Shown in pieces: positions 10,132 through 19,953 of a DNA stretch of 64,000 nucleotides; position 1 is the first letter of the stretch; each line of letters starts with the position of its first letter. The position numbers and the translations under genes were made by a program. This DNA comes from a virus. The stretch is from positions 96,709 through 160,708 of IMG/VR virus record IMGVR_UViG_3300009709_000003. The stretch is one strand, 5' to 3'. Below the pieces are notes generated by a model that was not told where the DNA came from, ran no database searches, and saw only the letters and a list, made by a program, of their open reading frames with translations.

Positions 10132-10318
10132 AATGGCTGTACGACAAATGGCTGGACTGGCAGTGGAAACGCGAACACTCAAAATGGTTGGCAGAAACAG
10201 AAGCTGTCTACTTGTTAAATAGCAAACTCACGTTGTTGATGCCAGACAATAAAGTGGCACAAGAAGTATTTAAATACGCACAGTATGAATATCAACGTGC
10301 TTTGCAAGTTGACCCAAA

Positions 10319-10705
10319 ATGGAGAAAGAAATGAAACGCGTCTGGAGTGTTAAAGAAGTTGATCAGCTACTCGACGAAATCGCCGAATTACAAAACAAAA
10401 TGGTGGTAGACAATCGTCTATTGGATAACTACAAACAGACATTGAAGAATTTAGGCTGCACATTTCGCACGAAGGGTGAACATGTAGGAACAGTTCTTAC
10501 TACTCCTTATATTACTCCTTATATTACTCCACCGGACGTTGAGGCTGCCCTGTCGGCAGACCAAATCATAGACACCACCATTAAAACACTGGAATGGGTG
10601 TTGAGTAGGGGTTGGTTTATTAATGGTACACCTGGCCCAATGCAATTAGATCCCGGTGAGATTCGGGATTACATCGAAGAACTTAAGTCCAAGAAAACGT
10701 TGTAA
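10319..10705 (+). CDS. hypothetical protein with IxxLEWV module
   Basis: TIKTLEWVLS...IRDYIEEL resembles 13..228 and the C-terminus of 11010..11861. Confidence 0.6.
   Translation: MEKEMKRVWSVKEVDQLLDEIAELQNKMVVDNRLLDNYKQTLKNLGCTFRTKGEHVGTVLTTPYITPYITPPDVEAALSADQIIDTTIKTLEWVLSRGWFINGTPGPMQLDPGEIRDYIEELKSKKTL
10501..10530 (+). repeat. 12-bp in-frame tandem repeat (2.5 copies)
   Basis: TACTCCTTATAT TACTCCTTATAT TACTCC, encoding TPYI-TPYI-TP. Confidence 0.85.
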
Positions 10706-11009
10706 ATCCGACCAGAATATCTTCTATATGCTAGAATGAAGCATCAACCACCAAACACATACCACCAAGCAAAGCTAGCAGCAGGCAAAGCGTACCTTAA
10801 GTACATTGAGGCACGTGATTTGGCTCAGTCCTTGCATAATCACACTTGGGAGAAGCGTGTTAGTTGGGCGCTTTATTGTCCAGAGTGTGGTGAAACCAAG
10901 GATTTGCGTATCAAGAAAGATGTTTTAAAATGAGTGAACAGAAGTATCGTGCCCCCTGGCCGAAGTTCAATAAACCATTCATTATTTATAAATCCACGAG
11001 AAAATCACG

Positions 11010-11861
11010 ATGCAAAATTTAAATACAGTAGAAGAAGTTATTCAATGGGCAAAGCAGCCAGACGAAGAAACCGCTAAGTTCATAAAGGACAGCATTGAAC
11101 TGCGGCTCAGTTTTATCAACTTCCTGAAAATGAATCCTCCCTTGGACGCTCCTATGGAAATTTTCTATGGGTCTGATCTAGACACTGTACGCGAGAATGC
11201 TAGATTGCGTGCATATTTTGAACAATGCTGGTTGAGTGAGAATTTTGGCAACCGAGAACGTTATCCAGTGGGAGGACCAGGGATCGTATCATTTGCTCAC
11301 GATTTACGTGATGCAATGAATGCTAAACTTGAGGACGAAACTTCTCAAGATAAGGAGTCGTTGACAATGACTAGGAAACCTAACAAACATATCGGCTCCA
11401 GCTTTGAGTACTTCCTTGAAGAGGAAGGTATGTTGGAGGAAGTAAACACAGCAGTAAAAATTGATTTAGAAGTTTCACCTACACATGCAACGGAGACGGT
11501 GGCCAAGATTCTTATTAACCCACCGCAATCTACTAACCACCAAATCTTTTCGGAAAATGACATCAATGATGTATGGGGAGAAACCGATGTGTCTCAACCC
11601 TACTTTCCAGATCGCGCCTATCAAGCATGTATTTTGGTGTTAGAGGCTCGTGCAGAACGCGACACATGGAAGTACCGATGCGAACAACTTACTGTCGCCC
11701 CCAACCCAGAGTCCGATTATATCGACGGACAAATTGATGCACTTGAGTGGGTGAGCAACGAGGCGGGTGATGAAGAAGGTTATAAGTGTGGAGACACGCT
11801 TATGGATATCGACAGGCGAATTGTTCAACTACGCAAACAAAAAGAGGCACTTCCTAAATGA
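11010..11861 (+). CDS. mosaic hypothetical protein
   Basis: N-terminal ETAKFI module, internal RBS plus ATG at 11367 followed by NKHIGSSFEYFLEEEG, C-terminal IDALEWV module. Confidence 0.65.
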   Translation: MQNLNTVEEVIQWAKQPDEETAKFIKDSIELRLSFINFLKMNPPLDAPMEIFYGSDLDTVRENARLRAYFEQCWLSENFGNRERYPVGGPGIVSFAHDLRDAMNAKLEDETSQDKESLTMTRKPNKHIGSSFEYFLEEEGMLEEVNTAVKIDLEVSPTHATETVAKILINPPQSTNHQIFSENDINDVWGETDVSQPYFPDRAYQACILVLEARAERDTWKYRCEQLTVAPNPESDYIDGQIDALEWVSNEAGDEEGYKCGDTLMDIDRRIVQLRKQKEALPK

Positions 11862-12300
11862 AGACATATCAACGCTGGGTAACTCGTAATGGTTCAATCG
11901 CGGTATTGCATGAAGAACGTGTAAATCCAGTCAGTGGGCAAGTTGAATATATAGGTGAAGTATATGACCACGTGCAAAGAAGGTGGTTCACACAAGTTAC
12001 TTGGATTGCACAATTGGCTACGTATCCAGAGTACGATCTAATTAAAGAGGATCGATAAATGACCGCCCGAGATTCGCTTAGCAGTACAGATTTAGGTGAA
12101 CAGTCTAAAAATGGACATGCTTTCCATATTATATTAAACATATGGGATGCCAATAGCACAAAGCACCGGGACCAATCCGGTTTTGTGATTGCAGACACCC
12201 TACTGGATGCCATAACTTTTTATATCAACAAACACAGTGTGATCGGATCACAATATGTGACGATTCACGCTATGCCTTTTAACGCAAAGAATGTTACATT

Positions 12301-12885
12301 ATGAACACCCTTCCGCTTTATGTATGGCTTGATCTTGAGACTTCAGGTCTTAATCCACAAACATGTCAAATTTTGGAAGTTTATGCTGAAGTAACCGACG
12401 CAGAGTGTAAACCTGTTGGTGTTCCATCTTTTCATAGGGTGTTGAAATTGACAACTGACCCGGCAAACTGGGACCCATTTGTGCAAAATATGCACCAGAA
12501 AAATGGTCTTCTCGAAGAAGCTAAACATTCAACGTTCACAACATTGAGTGAAGACTGGCAACATTGGGTCGCCAACCAACTTTTCAGTAATGGTGTATAC
12601 ACACAATATTTTGCAGGTAATACAGTACATTTTGATCGTAAATTTATGGAGCATGCAGACATATTGAACTCGAACGGCATGTCACACCGTCACATGGACG
12701 TCTCATCATTGCGGATTTTATTTGATATTTTGGGTGTGCCTGCTCCGATTAAGAAAGAGGCACACCGGGCTAAAGATGATGTGCAGGAGAGTAAATCTCA
12801 GTACATGTACTACTATAATTATGCGATGGAGAAATTTAATGGAAACGTCAAACTCTTGTCCGAAATCAACGCAGAATCAAAATGA
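12301..12885 (+). CDS. orn: oligoribonuclease-like DEDDh exonuclease
   Basis: VWLDLETSGL, ILEV, AGNTVHFDRKF, HRHMDVSS, HRAKDDVQES. Confidence 0.88.
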   Translation: MNTLPLYVWLDLETSGLNPQTCQILEVYAEVTDAECKPVGVPSFHRVLKLTTDPANWDPFVQNMHQKNGLLEEAKHSTFTTLSEDWQHWVANQLFSNGVYTQYFAGNTVHFDRKFMEHADILNSNGMSHRHMDVSSLRILFDILGVPAPIKKEAHRAKDDVQESKSQYMYYYNYAMEKFNGNVKLLSEINAESK

Positions 12886-12989
12886 TAACGATGATAAACT
12901 ATATGATGCAATCCTAATGCTTATGATTTCCATGGTTTTGGAATCAAAGGAACAGCAGAATGCGACCCTCTAAAGGACCTAAACCGAGT

Positions 12990-13628
12990 TTAATTTGGAC
13001 AGCGTTGCTTTTTGTGATTATGCTTTTTGTGTTTAGCTTTTTGGTGGGAGAAGCGATCAAGACATTTGTGTCTGTTGTCTCTGACATTCTTAGCCACTAA
13101 ATTTGAGTACACACTTTCCAAGTGCAAAAGTCTAATCTTCTCATGCCTTGGACACATTCCAAGTCCAACACCCACCATCTCGGCAACTAGTCCATATTCT
13201 TTTGACCACCAAAACATATTCGAATGATTGGGGTCATTCATTGAGAACTTAGGGTCATGCATAGTTGTATGTGTTAATTCATGCCAAATAGGTGTGGCGA
13301 ACACGCAAGTGGTAGCAGTGTTTAGAGTATGATCGTCGTACGACATAGCTACTTTTATAATGTGGTGCTCCACACCGTCCAGAGTTTCTGGATAAGACAA
13401 ACCTATGTATAAAGAATTTGGGTTATTGGTATTGGTTAGATGTACGGGGTCAGTAAATGTTTGATTCTTGTAGAAATAGTATTCTATGTTGTCTGGTACA
13501 TACTGGCCTGTAACCATCTCAAAAGTGTGGATCACTTTATTCAAGTCGTGTTCACTCACCGTAGCATCCCCATGAATGCGTTCAGATAACGGAACCGACA
13601 AAATCATAAAGGCCAATAGATGTATCAT
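12990..13628 (-). CDS. exported zincin-like protein
   Basis: Hydrophobic N-terminal leader; WHELTH followed by NHSNMFW; lone minus-strand gene. Confidence 0.6.
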   Translation of the reverse strand: MIHLLAFMILSVPLSERIHGDATVSEHDLNKVIHTFEMVTGQYVPDNIEYYFYKNQTFTDPVHLTNTNNPNSLYIGLSYPETLDGVEHHIIKVAMSYDDHTLNTATTCVFATPIWHELTHTTMHDPKFSMNDPNHSNMFWWSKEYGLVAEMVGVGLGMCPRHEKIRLLHLESVYSNLVAKNVRDNRHKCLDRFSHQKAKHKKHNHKKQRCPN

Positions 13629-13655
13629 GTATACTAGTTCACCTATATTTTATTA

Positions 13656-13814
13656 ATGGAATCCAAACTATATCTAATGCGCATTTACATTAAACTCCAT
13701 AACCAAGGCATGCCCTTTGACCAAATCGCCGAACACCTCGGTATGACGGCACAAGGCTTGCAAAGGATGTTGAATGAAGCGAATTCTACTCCCAATACTA
13801 CTGATTCTAAGTAG
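13656..13814 (+). CDS. small HTH protein (52 aa, not in ORF track)
   Basis: Hand translation: MESKLYLMRIYIKLHNQGMPFDQIAEHLGMTAQGLQRMLNEANS... Confidence 0.6.
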   Translation: MESKLYLMRIYIKLHNQGMPFDQIAEHLGMTAQGLQRMLNEANSTPNTTDSK

Positions 13815-14265
13815 TTGTGCCCACACTGTTGATACCCCTGTAGATCTTAAGTACAGCGAACTTAAGAATCCGGCATATCCGTCGTTTACATATTTTTGTC
13901 AACTCAGTGTTTCGGACTGCAGGGTGGCCGAAGCGGCGATTGCAGAAATAAACCATACGGTTGGATATCCGTTGTTGGTGAAAAAGGGTAGACACCCGAA
14001 TATCATGATCGAAAGTTTTAGAGAGTTCGATGTAGGTAGTTCACCTATATTTGACTCTGATTATTGTATTATTAGAATACGCAGCAAGACTTTCCATGAT
14101 GAACAATTACAGGCATTTTTCTTGCACTATCTAGTGATAAGTCTAGGTATGCGTAAGACTCAGACCATAGATAGTGTTACAAACGAAGACTTTATCTATT
14201 ACAAAATTTATCATCTAACCGCTTACGACATCCATATGTTGCGAGCCAAGTTTATGCCGATATGA
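13774..14265 (+). CDS. lipoprotein, degenerate paralogue of the 8311..8865 metalloprotease
   Basis: Lipobox LSSC-AH; Zn motif replaced by HYLVISLGMRK; C-terminal LTAYD matches FTEYD. Confidence 0.6.
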   Translation: MKRILLPILLILSSCAHTVDTPVDLKYSELKNPAYPSFTYFCQLSVSDCRVAEAAIAEINHTVGYPLLVKKGRHPNIMIESFREFDVGSSPIFDSDYCIIRIRSKTFHDEQLQAFFLHYLVISLGMRKTQTIDSVTNEDFIYYKIYHLTAYDIHMLRAKFMPI

Positions 14266-14591
14266 AAATCACAAACAAATTATTTGACGAGAGTGTAATT
14301 GCTGCAGAACGTGGTGATTTCCACACGGAAGCTGTCTTGTTACGTAGATCACTCATCGCAGACCCATCTAACATTCTAGCCATGACTCACCTGAGTCAGA
14401 ATCTCATGTTATACCAACGATATGATGAAGCGCTAGAGATTCTTTTTAAGGCAGAAAGCCTAGCGCCTACCAATCTAATGGTTATTCTAGCCATGAACGA
14501 CTTGGTGCAATCGGTGGAGATGTATGAGACTCGTAATCTTCAATCAAGAACCGGGCGCAAAGCCAGGACAGTTCGTAATCTGCGTCAATAA
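14262..14591 (+). CDS. TPR-repeat protein
   Basis: ADPSNILAMTHLSQNL...RYDEALEILFKAESLAP TPR pattern. Confidence 0.7.
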   Translation: MKITNKLFDESVIAAERGDFHTEAVLLRRSLIADPSNILAMTHLSQNLMLYQRYDEALEILFKAESLAPTNLMVILAMNDLVQSVEMYETRNLQSRTGRKARTVRNLRQ

Positions 14592-15595
14592 TCGCGGCGC
14601 GCACTCATTAACAACTTGCAAACTATACACAATTACAGAAGTTTTCCCTAACTTCTACTTGGTCAAGAATGATCAGGGAATTGAGTCATATTATGCGAAA
14701 TATAGATTTAGCACTGATCCAAAAGCCGCCATCAAACTCAGATCTAGATATGCCAGAATACGAAATGACCTTTGGTGAGCGCGTCGCACGTTTACTTAGC
14801 ATTCCCAAAGAAAATGCAGAATACGAACTAGAATTAATTAAGGATATCGCATGTCAAGCTCGAAAAAACCAAAGTACGAAGTAACGATCACCTTTGATTC
14901 TGGTACAGGTGAATTCCATATGCAAGCACTGGATGTATACAATCCAGATGCCAAATACTTAGACATGAATTACATTTGTAAAGCAGTCTGCCGTATTGCA
15001 GAAAACGTGATTAGCACGCTAGATAACGACCAACAAGAGACCATAAAAGACGTAGATATCACCCCATCCACGAAAAAGGGCATGAATTAAAATGTGGAGA
15101 ATTATTGACCCAGACACCAGCGAAGTTATTGCCACATTTTCGTGCATGCCCAATCTGGCTGCGATTAGAGAGTTCGTCCCCAATGCCCAATCAATGGGCG
15201 ACTATAATGCTCATGGTGGAATTTTTACTGTAAAATACGGTCATTCGACCGTGGCTTGGGTTCGTAAAGATGAGCAGTGATTACTATAGTTTTGACTACG
15301 AAAATCTGCCTATAAATGTGGATGCAGAACCCACCCCACTCATGTTAATAGATTTTGCAAAACTGGAAACGATACTTAAAGATATAGCTTATTTTCATAA
15401 TGAACATTACATAGTTGATGTGGCCGAATCTAGATACACACTTATAAAGATAAATCGATCAAACCAGTTAGTGCCACAACACAAGCCTAAAACTATGCAA
15501 GACTTTGCTGTGTTCATAACAGATTGGTTACAACACTACAAAAAGAAGATTTAACGCTAATAATTTTAGAATTTAAATATTTTTAAAGGTTTAAT

Positions 15596-17149
15596 ATGCA
15601 AACTCCACTCGTCCCATGTTGTCCTCTATGTGGTAGTGAAACCCCTAAAGTTGTTCATAATGGAGAGAGGTTTAAGTGTAAAGCTTGTGATAAAACCTTT
15701 CTTAAAGAGAAACTTACCTACAAAGAAGTTGTTTATCAACGTGCTCAAGGAAATAAGTTTGTAATTACGTCTGCAGTTAGCGACTCAAAAGCAGATGTGA
15801 ATTTTTTGGCAGCTCTGGATAACTATTGCAAGCATAACCATGCGCAATTGTTGATTGTGCCAGTCCCATATCGAAATCCAACCTCAAATACTGAGCACCC
15901 AAACAGGGTATATGATGTAATCTTAAGTAAATATTTCATCCAAAAACCTGTTGAGCTTGGTCACAAACTTATGTTGTTTTCCAATGTTCACATTCAGCCT
16001 ACTGCTAGTCGTCCACTCAGCAGCATGCAATCTTTTGGTGGTGAAAAATCAGCTATCTTCGGTCATCCCAAAGTGGCCGCTGAATTTGTAGCTACCCGTC
16101 TTGGTAAGGAACCCAAGACCGTTCTTACTACAGGTGCCGTAACCAAATCTAGATATGGCGACTCAAAGGCTGGTATTAAGGGCGATTTCCACCACGTGAT
16201 TGGTGCGCTAGTTGTCGAAATTGATGAAGAAGCTTTTCATTGGCGGCATGTGTACGCTAATAAGGATGGGTCTTTTTTTGACGTAGACTTGAAGTATTTC
16301 GCAGACGGCACAGTTTCTAAAATTCTAGAAGTAGCCACCACCAAGAAAGATGCTGAAATCATCTTGACCTGTGGTGATCTGCATGCGGTTAGAGCAGACC
16401 CAGTTGCCCTTGAACAGACCTTTTTTGCAAAAGATAGTATCTTCCACTCGGTGAGGCCATCTGTGGTGATGATTCATGACGGGCTTGATTTTCAGAGTGC
16501 CAGTCATCACAATGGTTTTTTCACTAATATGCGTCTTCACAATAAAGGTGAACGTTCAGTTCAAAAAGAACTTGAGGCCACTTGTGCATTGATAGACCGA
16601 ATTGCCGAGTTGGATCCAAACGTTCAGATTGTGATTGTAGACTCAAACCACCCGCGTCATATGGGTAGATGGCTTGAGAACCTACATAACGCGCACGACT
16701 ACGAAAATGCTCTGATTTATCACAAGACCAAGACAGCCTGGATTGAAGCTATTCTAGCGGATAAAGAATTTGACGCTTTTGCATTTTGGGCTAAACAGCT
16801 TCTTAAGCATGGCAACCAAGTTCTATTCTTAGGAAAAAATCAGTCATATGTAAGAAACGGCATAGAATACGCCATCCACGGTGACGTTGGACCCAATGGA
16901 GCAAGAGGATCAAGACAGGCTTTTGTAAATCTAGGTAATAAGCTGGTCATCGGGCATAGTCACACTCCAGGTATCACAGATGGCGTATTTCAAGTAGGTA
17001 CGACATCTCTTAAGGATCTTGGGTACAACCGGGGTTTTTCGAGCTGGTGCCACACACATTGTATTACATACCCAAACGGGAAACGTACACTAGTGTCGAT
17101 CATTAATGGGTCTTGGCGCATGCCACGCAGAAAAAGTAGGCATACCTAA
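15596..17149 (+). CDS. T5 A1-like metallophosphoesterase/nuclease with N-terminal Zn ribbon
   Basis: FVITSA, HPK, TTGAVT, GDLH, HDGLD, SNH, HGDVGPNGARGS, GHSHTP, YPNGKR; N-terminal CPLC...CKAC. Confidence 0.75.
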   Translation: MQTPLVPCCPLCGSETPKVVHNGERFKCKACDKTFLKEKLTYKEVVYQRAQGNKFVITSAVSDSKADVNFLAALDNYCKHNHAQLLIVPVPYRNPTSNTEHPNRVYDVILSKYFIQKPVELGHKLMLFSNVHIQPTASRPLSSMQSFGGEKSAIFGHPKVAAEFVATRLGKEPKTVLTTGAVTKSRYGDSKAGIKGDFHHVIGALVVEIDEEAFHWRHVYANKDGSFFDVDLKYFADGTVSKILEVATTKKDAEIILTCGDLHAVRADPVALEQTFFAKDSIFHSVRPSVVMIHDGLDFQSASHHNGFFTNMRLHNKGERSVQKELEATCALIDRIAELDPNVQIVIVDSNHPRHMGRWLENLHNAHDYENALIYHKTKTAWIEAILADKEFDAFAFWAKQLLKHGNQVLFLGKNQSYVRNGIEYAIHGDVGPNGARGSRQAFVNLGNKLVIGHSHTPGITDGVFQVGTTSLKDLGYNRGFSSWCHTHCITYPNGKRTLVSIINGSWRMPRRKSRHT

Positions 17150-18467
17150 GATAAATTCTTTCGATCATTCTTACTATATAGATGTATGCTTACGGTCACA
17201 CTCCTCATCACACTAGCCGGGAATACCAATTGCGCTCAACAATGTGATGAGGCATGTAAACCTGCTCATCTATTTCGGTATAGATGTGGTGACCCTGGTA
17301 AGATTATTTGCGTGTGTAGTGACAATACCGTGAAACGAGTATCATGGTATACTTCATCTGGAGCTGAAGATGCGTTCAAGTAGAATTATCCAAGTCCTGG
17401 AAAAGGACACGCAAAAATTGGTTGACTATATTATTTTTAAGACTAACCCACCATTATCGGCTGTTCAAAAGGCGTTTGGTGGTAAAGTTTTGGACCCGAT
17501 GTACGGTAGATATGAAATAACCATTCAGAATAAAGATATTATAGAACAATTTCTCAATAAACCTTTACAGCTGAATTCGTTCAGCTATTTCTTCATGACG
17601 AGACAATGAGCAAGAACAAAAATTCACGACGTGGCATGGGTAGTTTTCTAACAGGTGTTCCTAGGGGTCTTCGGTTGCAAATTGAACCTTACCTAGAATC
17701 TATGAAAAACGGGCCTACTAGTTTGGACGTTTCTAAATCAAAGAATTTTTCGACCAAGTCAGACTCATCGCAACAAAACTCACCAGTAGACGATTAAATT
17801 TACCATGCAAACTTGGGCAGTACACAATGGACTCGATTTATTCGGGTTCATACAGATAACTTCTATATTCTCTGACCGAGAAATAATGGTTGCCCTTAAT
17901 GTACTTTTGCACGCCGCACTTAGACAAACCGATTTCATAGTGAGACGTCGTGAAAATAACGATAATGAAGTCTATGACGTGTTTTTATACCCCGAACGTG
18001 TACACTATTGTACTCTTCGATTGAAATACTGAAAAGAAACAAAAATATAGTATATATGGTTGATGAAAACGTCGTTCGATGTAATATGTGGTATACCGAA
18101 AAGAAACAAACGTTTCTCTCGAAATAATTCTTTTGTAAAATTATTTATAAAACTAACATGACGACTTCCGTACCAATTCAGAACTTCAATCATCCGGATG
18201 GGTATGGCTCAATCACCATTTTTTCAAGAGGTGAACGCTTGTGCAGCTATTCAAAACTGCCAGGCATCGACATGAATCAAGAACTTCATATCCTACATGT
18301 GGATGACAAGGTTCATGCTCTACCATTTACGAATTCTTATGTCTGGCTCAGTAAAAACATAAAGTCTCCCGCTAATACCATGGAAGACAATCAACTTAAA
18401 TATTTTTTAATAGTATATTGTAAACTCAACACAAATGCTTCTTATTATTTACTAAACAGGAAAATAC

Positions 18468-18740
18468 ATGAACAACAGTAATTTTTATTCTAAGTACTCA
18501 CATGTCGTCAACGGTAGTGTTCGTAAGGCCACCACCGAAGAAGTAACCACCTACACGTGGGCTCGCCACGGCAGTGTATGTACAATCAAGTGTGTTGGAT
18601 GTGGGGTTGAACGTAGTGTCGCTACCCAAGATGCTTGGCAGACCAAACAGTGCGACGACTGTCAACGTAATTCATTGAATCAACGTCGTCGCGATAAACG
18701 CACAGCCAATCGTAAGGCTAAGGAGTCTAACAATGAGTGA
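18468..18740 (+). CDS. zinc-finger hypothetical protein
   Basis: CVGC...CDDC and a basic tail. Confidence 0.55.
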   Translation: MNNSNFYSKYSHVVNGSVRKATTEEVTTYTWARHGSVCTIKCVGCGVERSVATQDAWQTKQCDDCQRNSLNQRRRDKRTANRKAKESNNE

Positions 18741-19137
18741 TATCGAAAATGTAACGGTTAAATTCAGCCCTGGAGCACTCGACAAGATCAAGGAAGCTTC
18801 GGATAAGCTTAAGGCTTCTGCTACAGTGGGCGATGAATCGGCCAAAAAGGAACAAAAGCCTCTTTACACCCTGCAACCAAATGAATTGCCGGTGTATGAC
18901 GAGGACAAGCGTCTGGTTGGTGGATTCCCTGGCCAAAGTTTGGCCGGATTTAAGGTGGCTGGTTTCAAAGTAAAGACCGTTAAAGGTTTGGAACGAGTGA
19001 TCCTTACCCTTGAGGCAAACGTTGAGGATATTGGTGCCGGGACCATGGATATTGGTGGAGTACTAAACAGCTTTACCAATCACATGACGACAGGCATACA
19101 CACGGGTTTGCGAGTCATGCCATCAACCAATAAGTAA
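18733..19137 (+). CDS. hypothetical protein
   Basis: RBS AAGGAG; 134-aa ORF. Confidence 0.6.
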   Translation: MSDIENVTVKFSPGALDKIKEASDKLKASATVGDESAKKEQKPLYTLQPNELPVYDEDKRLVGGFPGQSLAGFKVAGFKVKTVKGLERVILTLEANVEDIGAGTMDIGGVLNSFTNHMTTGIHTGLRVMPSTNK

Positions 19138-19502
19138 ACTATGAAAGTTATATTCATATCTCTCCAGACCGACATTTCCGGGTATGACCTGCTTGATTCC
19201 ATATGTGAAAAAGTCAAAGGTAAGTTTAACATTACCCTTGACATGATAAATATACACCATAGGAAGGATAGATGGATCGTATTGTCATCGGTTATATCTG
19301 ATGGAGAGTATGAATCTCTTCGATTTAATAAATATTCTGGCGGTTTCAATCTTACATTTGCTGGGACGGACGATAGCGAAAGTTCTATCTACACTCCTTT
19401 CGTTATATTCAAATCGGCGTATCCACCGCCACCCTACACCCATGTGGACTTGGCTGACATATACAATAATCACCCACATCATAAATACATAGATTAGAAG
19501 GT

Positions 19503-19907
19503 ATGTTAGTCCCAACCACACCAGAAAATGAACAAAAAGTCCTCTCAAAATCCGGAAAATATAGGATTTTTATATATGGAACTTTACAAGGGAACCACGC
19601 AAAAGTTACCTGTGACGGCGACATACGGGTCCTCCCGGATGGTTACGCTGCAGTCAGGTTTGATCGTGATGGCATTGTACATGGTGAAGTGATGTACGTT
19701 GATCAACACGAACTTGGTGAACTCGACAAGCGGGAAGAAAACGGTAAGCCACACTACGAACGAGTTATCGTTCGAATGAACGATGGTTTATACGCCTATT
19801 CTTATCAATTCAAAGATCATGTATTCCAAGGTAAGACATTTAAAACCTTACCAAAAGTCAAGGGCGGCCACTGGAATTTTAAATACTTAGAATCGGGGCA
19901 TCACTAG
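19503..19907 (+). CDS. gamma-glutamylcyclotransferase (GGCT/AIG2-like)
   Basis: IFIYGTL, VHGEVMYV, LDKRE...YER. Confidence 0.8.
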   Translation: MLVPTTPENEQKVLSKSGKYRIFIYGTLQGNHAKVTCDGDIRVLPDGYAAVRFDRDGIVHGEVMYVDQHELGELDKREENGKPHYERVIVRMNDGLYAYSYQFKDHVFQGKTFKTLPKVKGGHWNFKYLESGHH

Positions 19908-19953
19908 CACTATATACGTACGAACATAAGGAAAATAGTACGGAAAGCTTCCC

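Noticed and set aside
13747-13762. Third sigma54-like string CGGCACAAGGCTTGCA
   Set aside because: Imperfect first base, lies inside the coding sequence of the small HTH ORF 13656..13814, and leaves no room for a leader before ATG 13774; probably coincidental.
18031-18110. 13-bp direct repeat GAAAAGAAACAAA (two copies)
   Set aside because: Low-complexity A-rich sequence with only two copies; could be chance.
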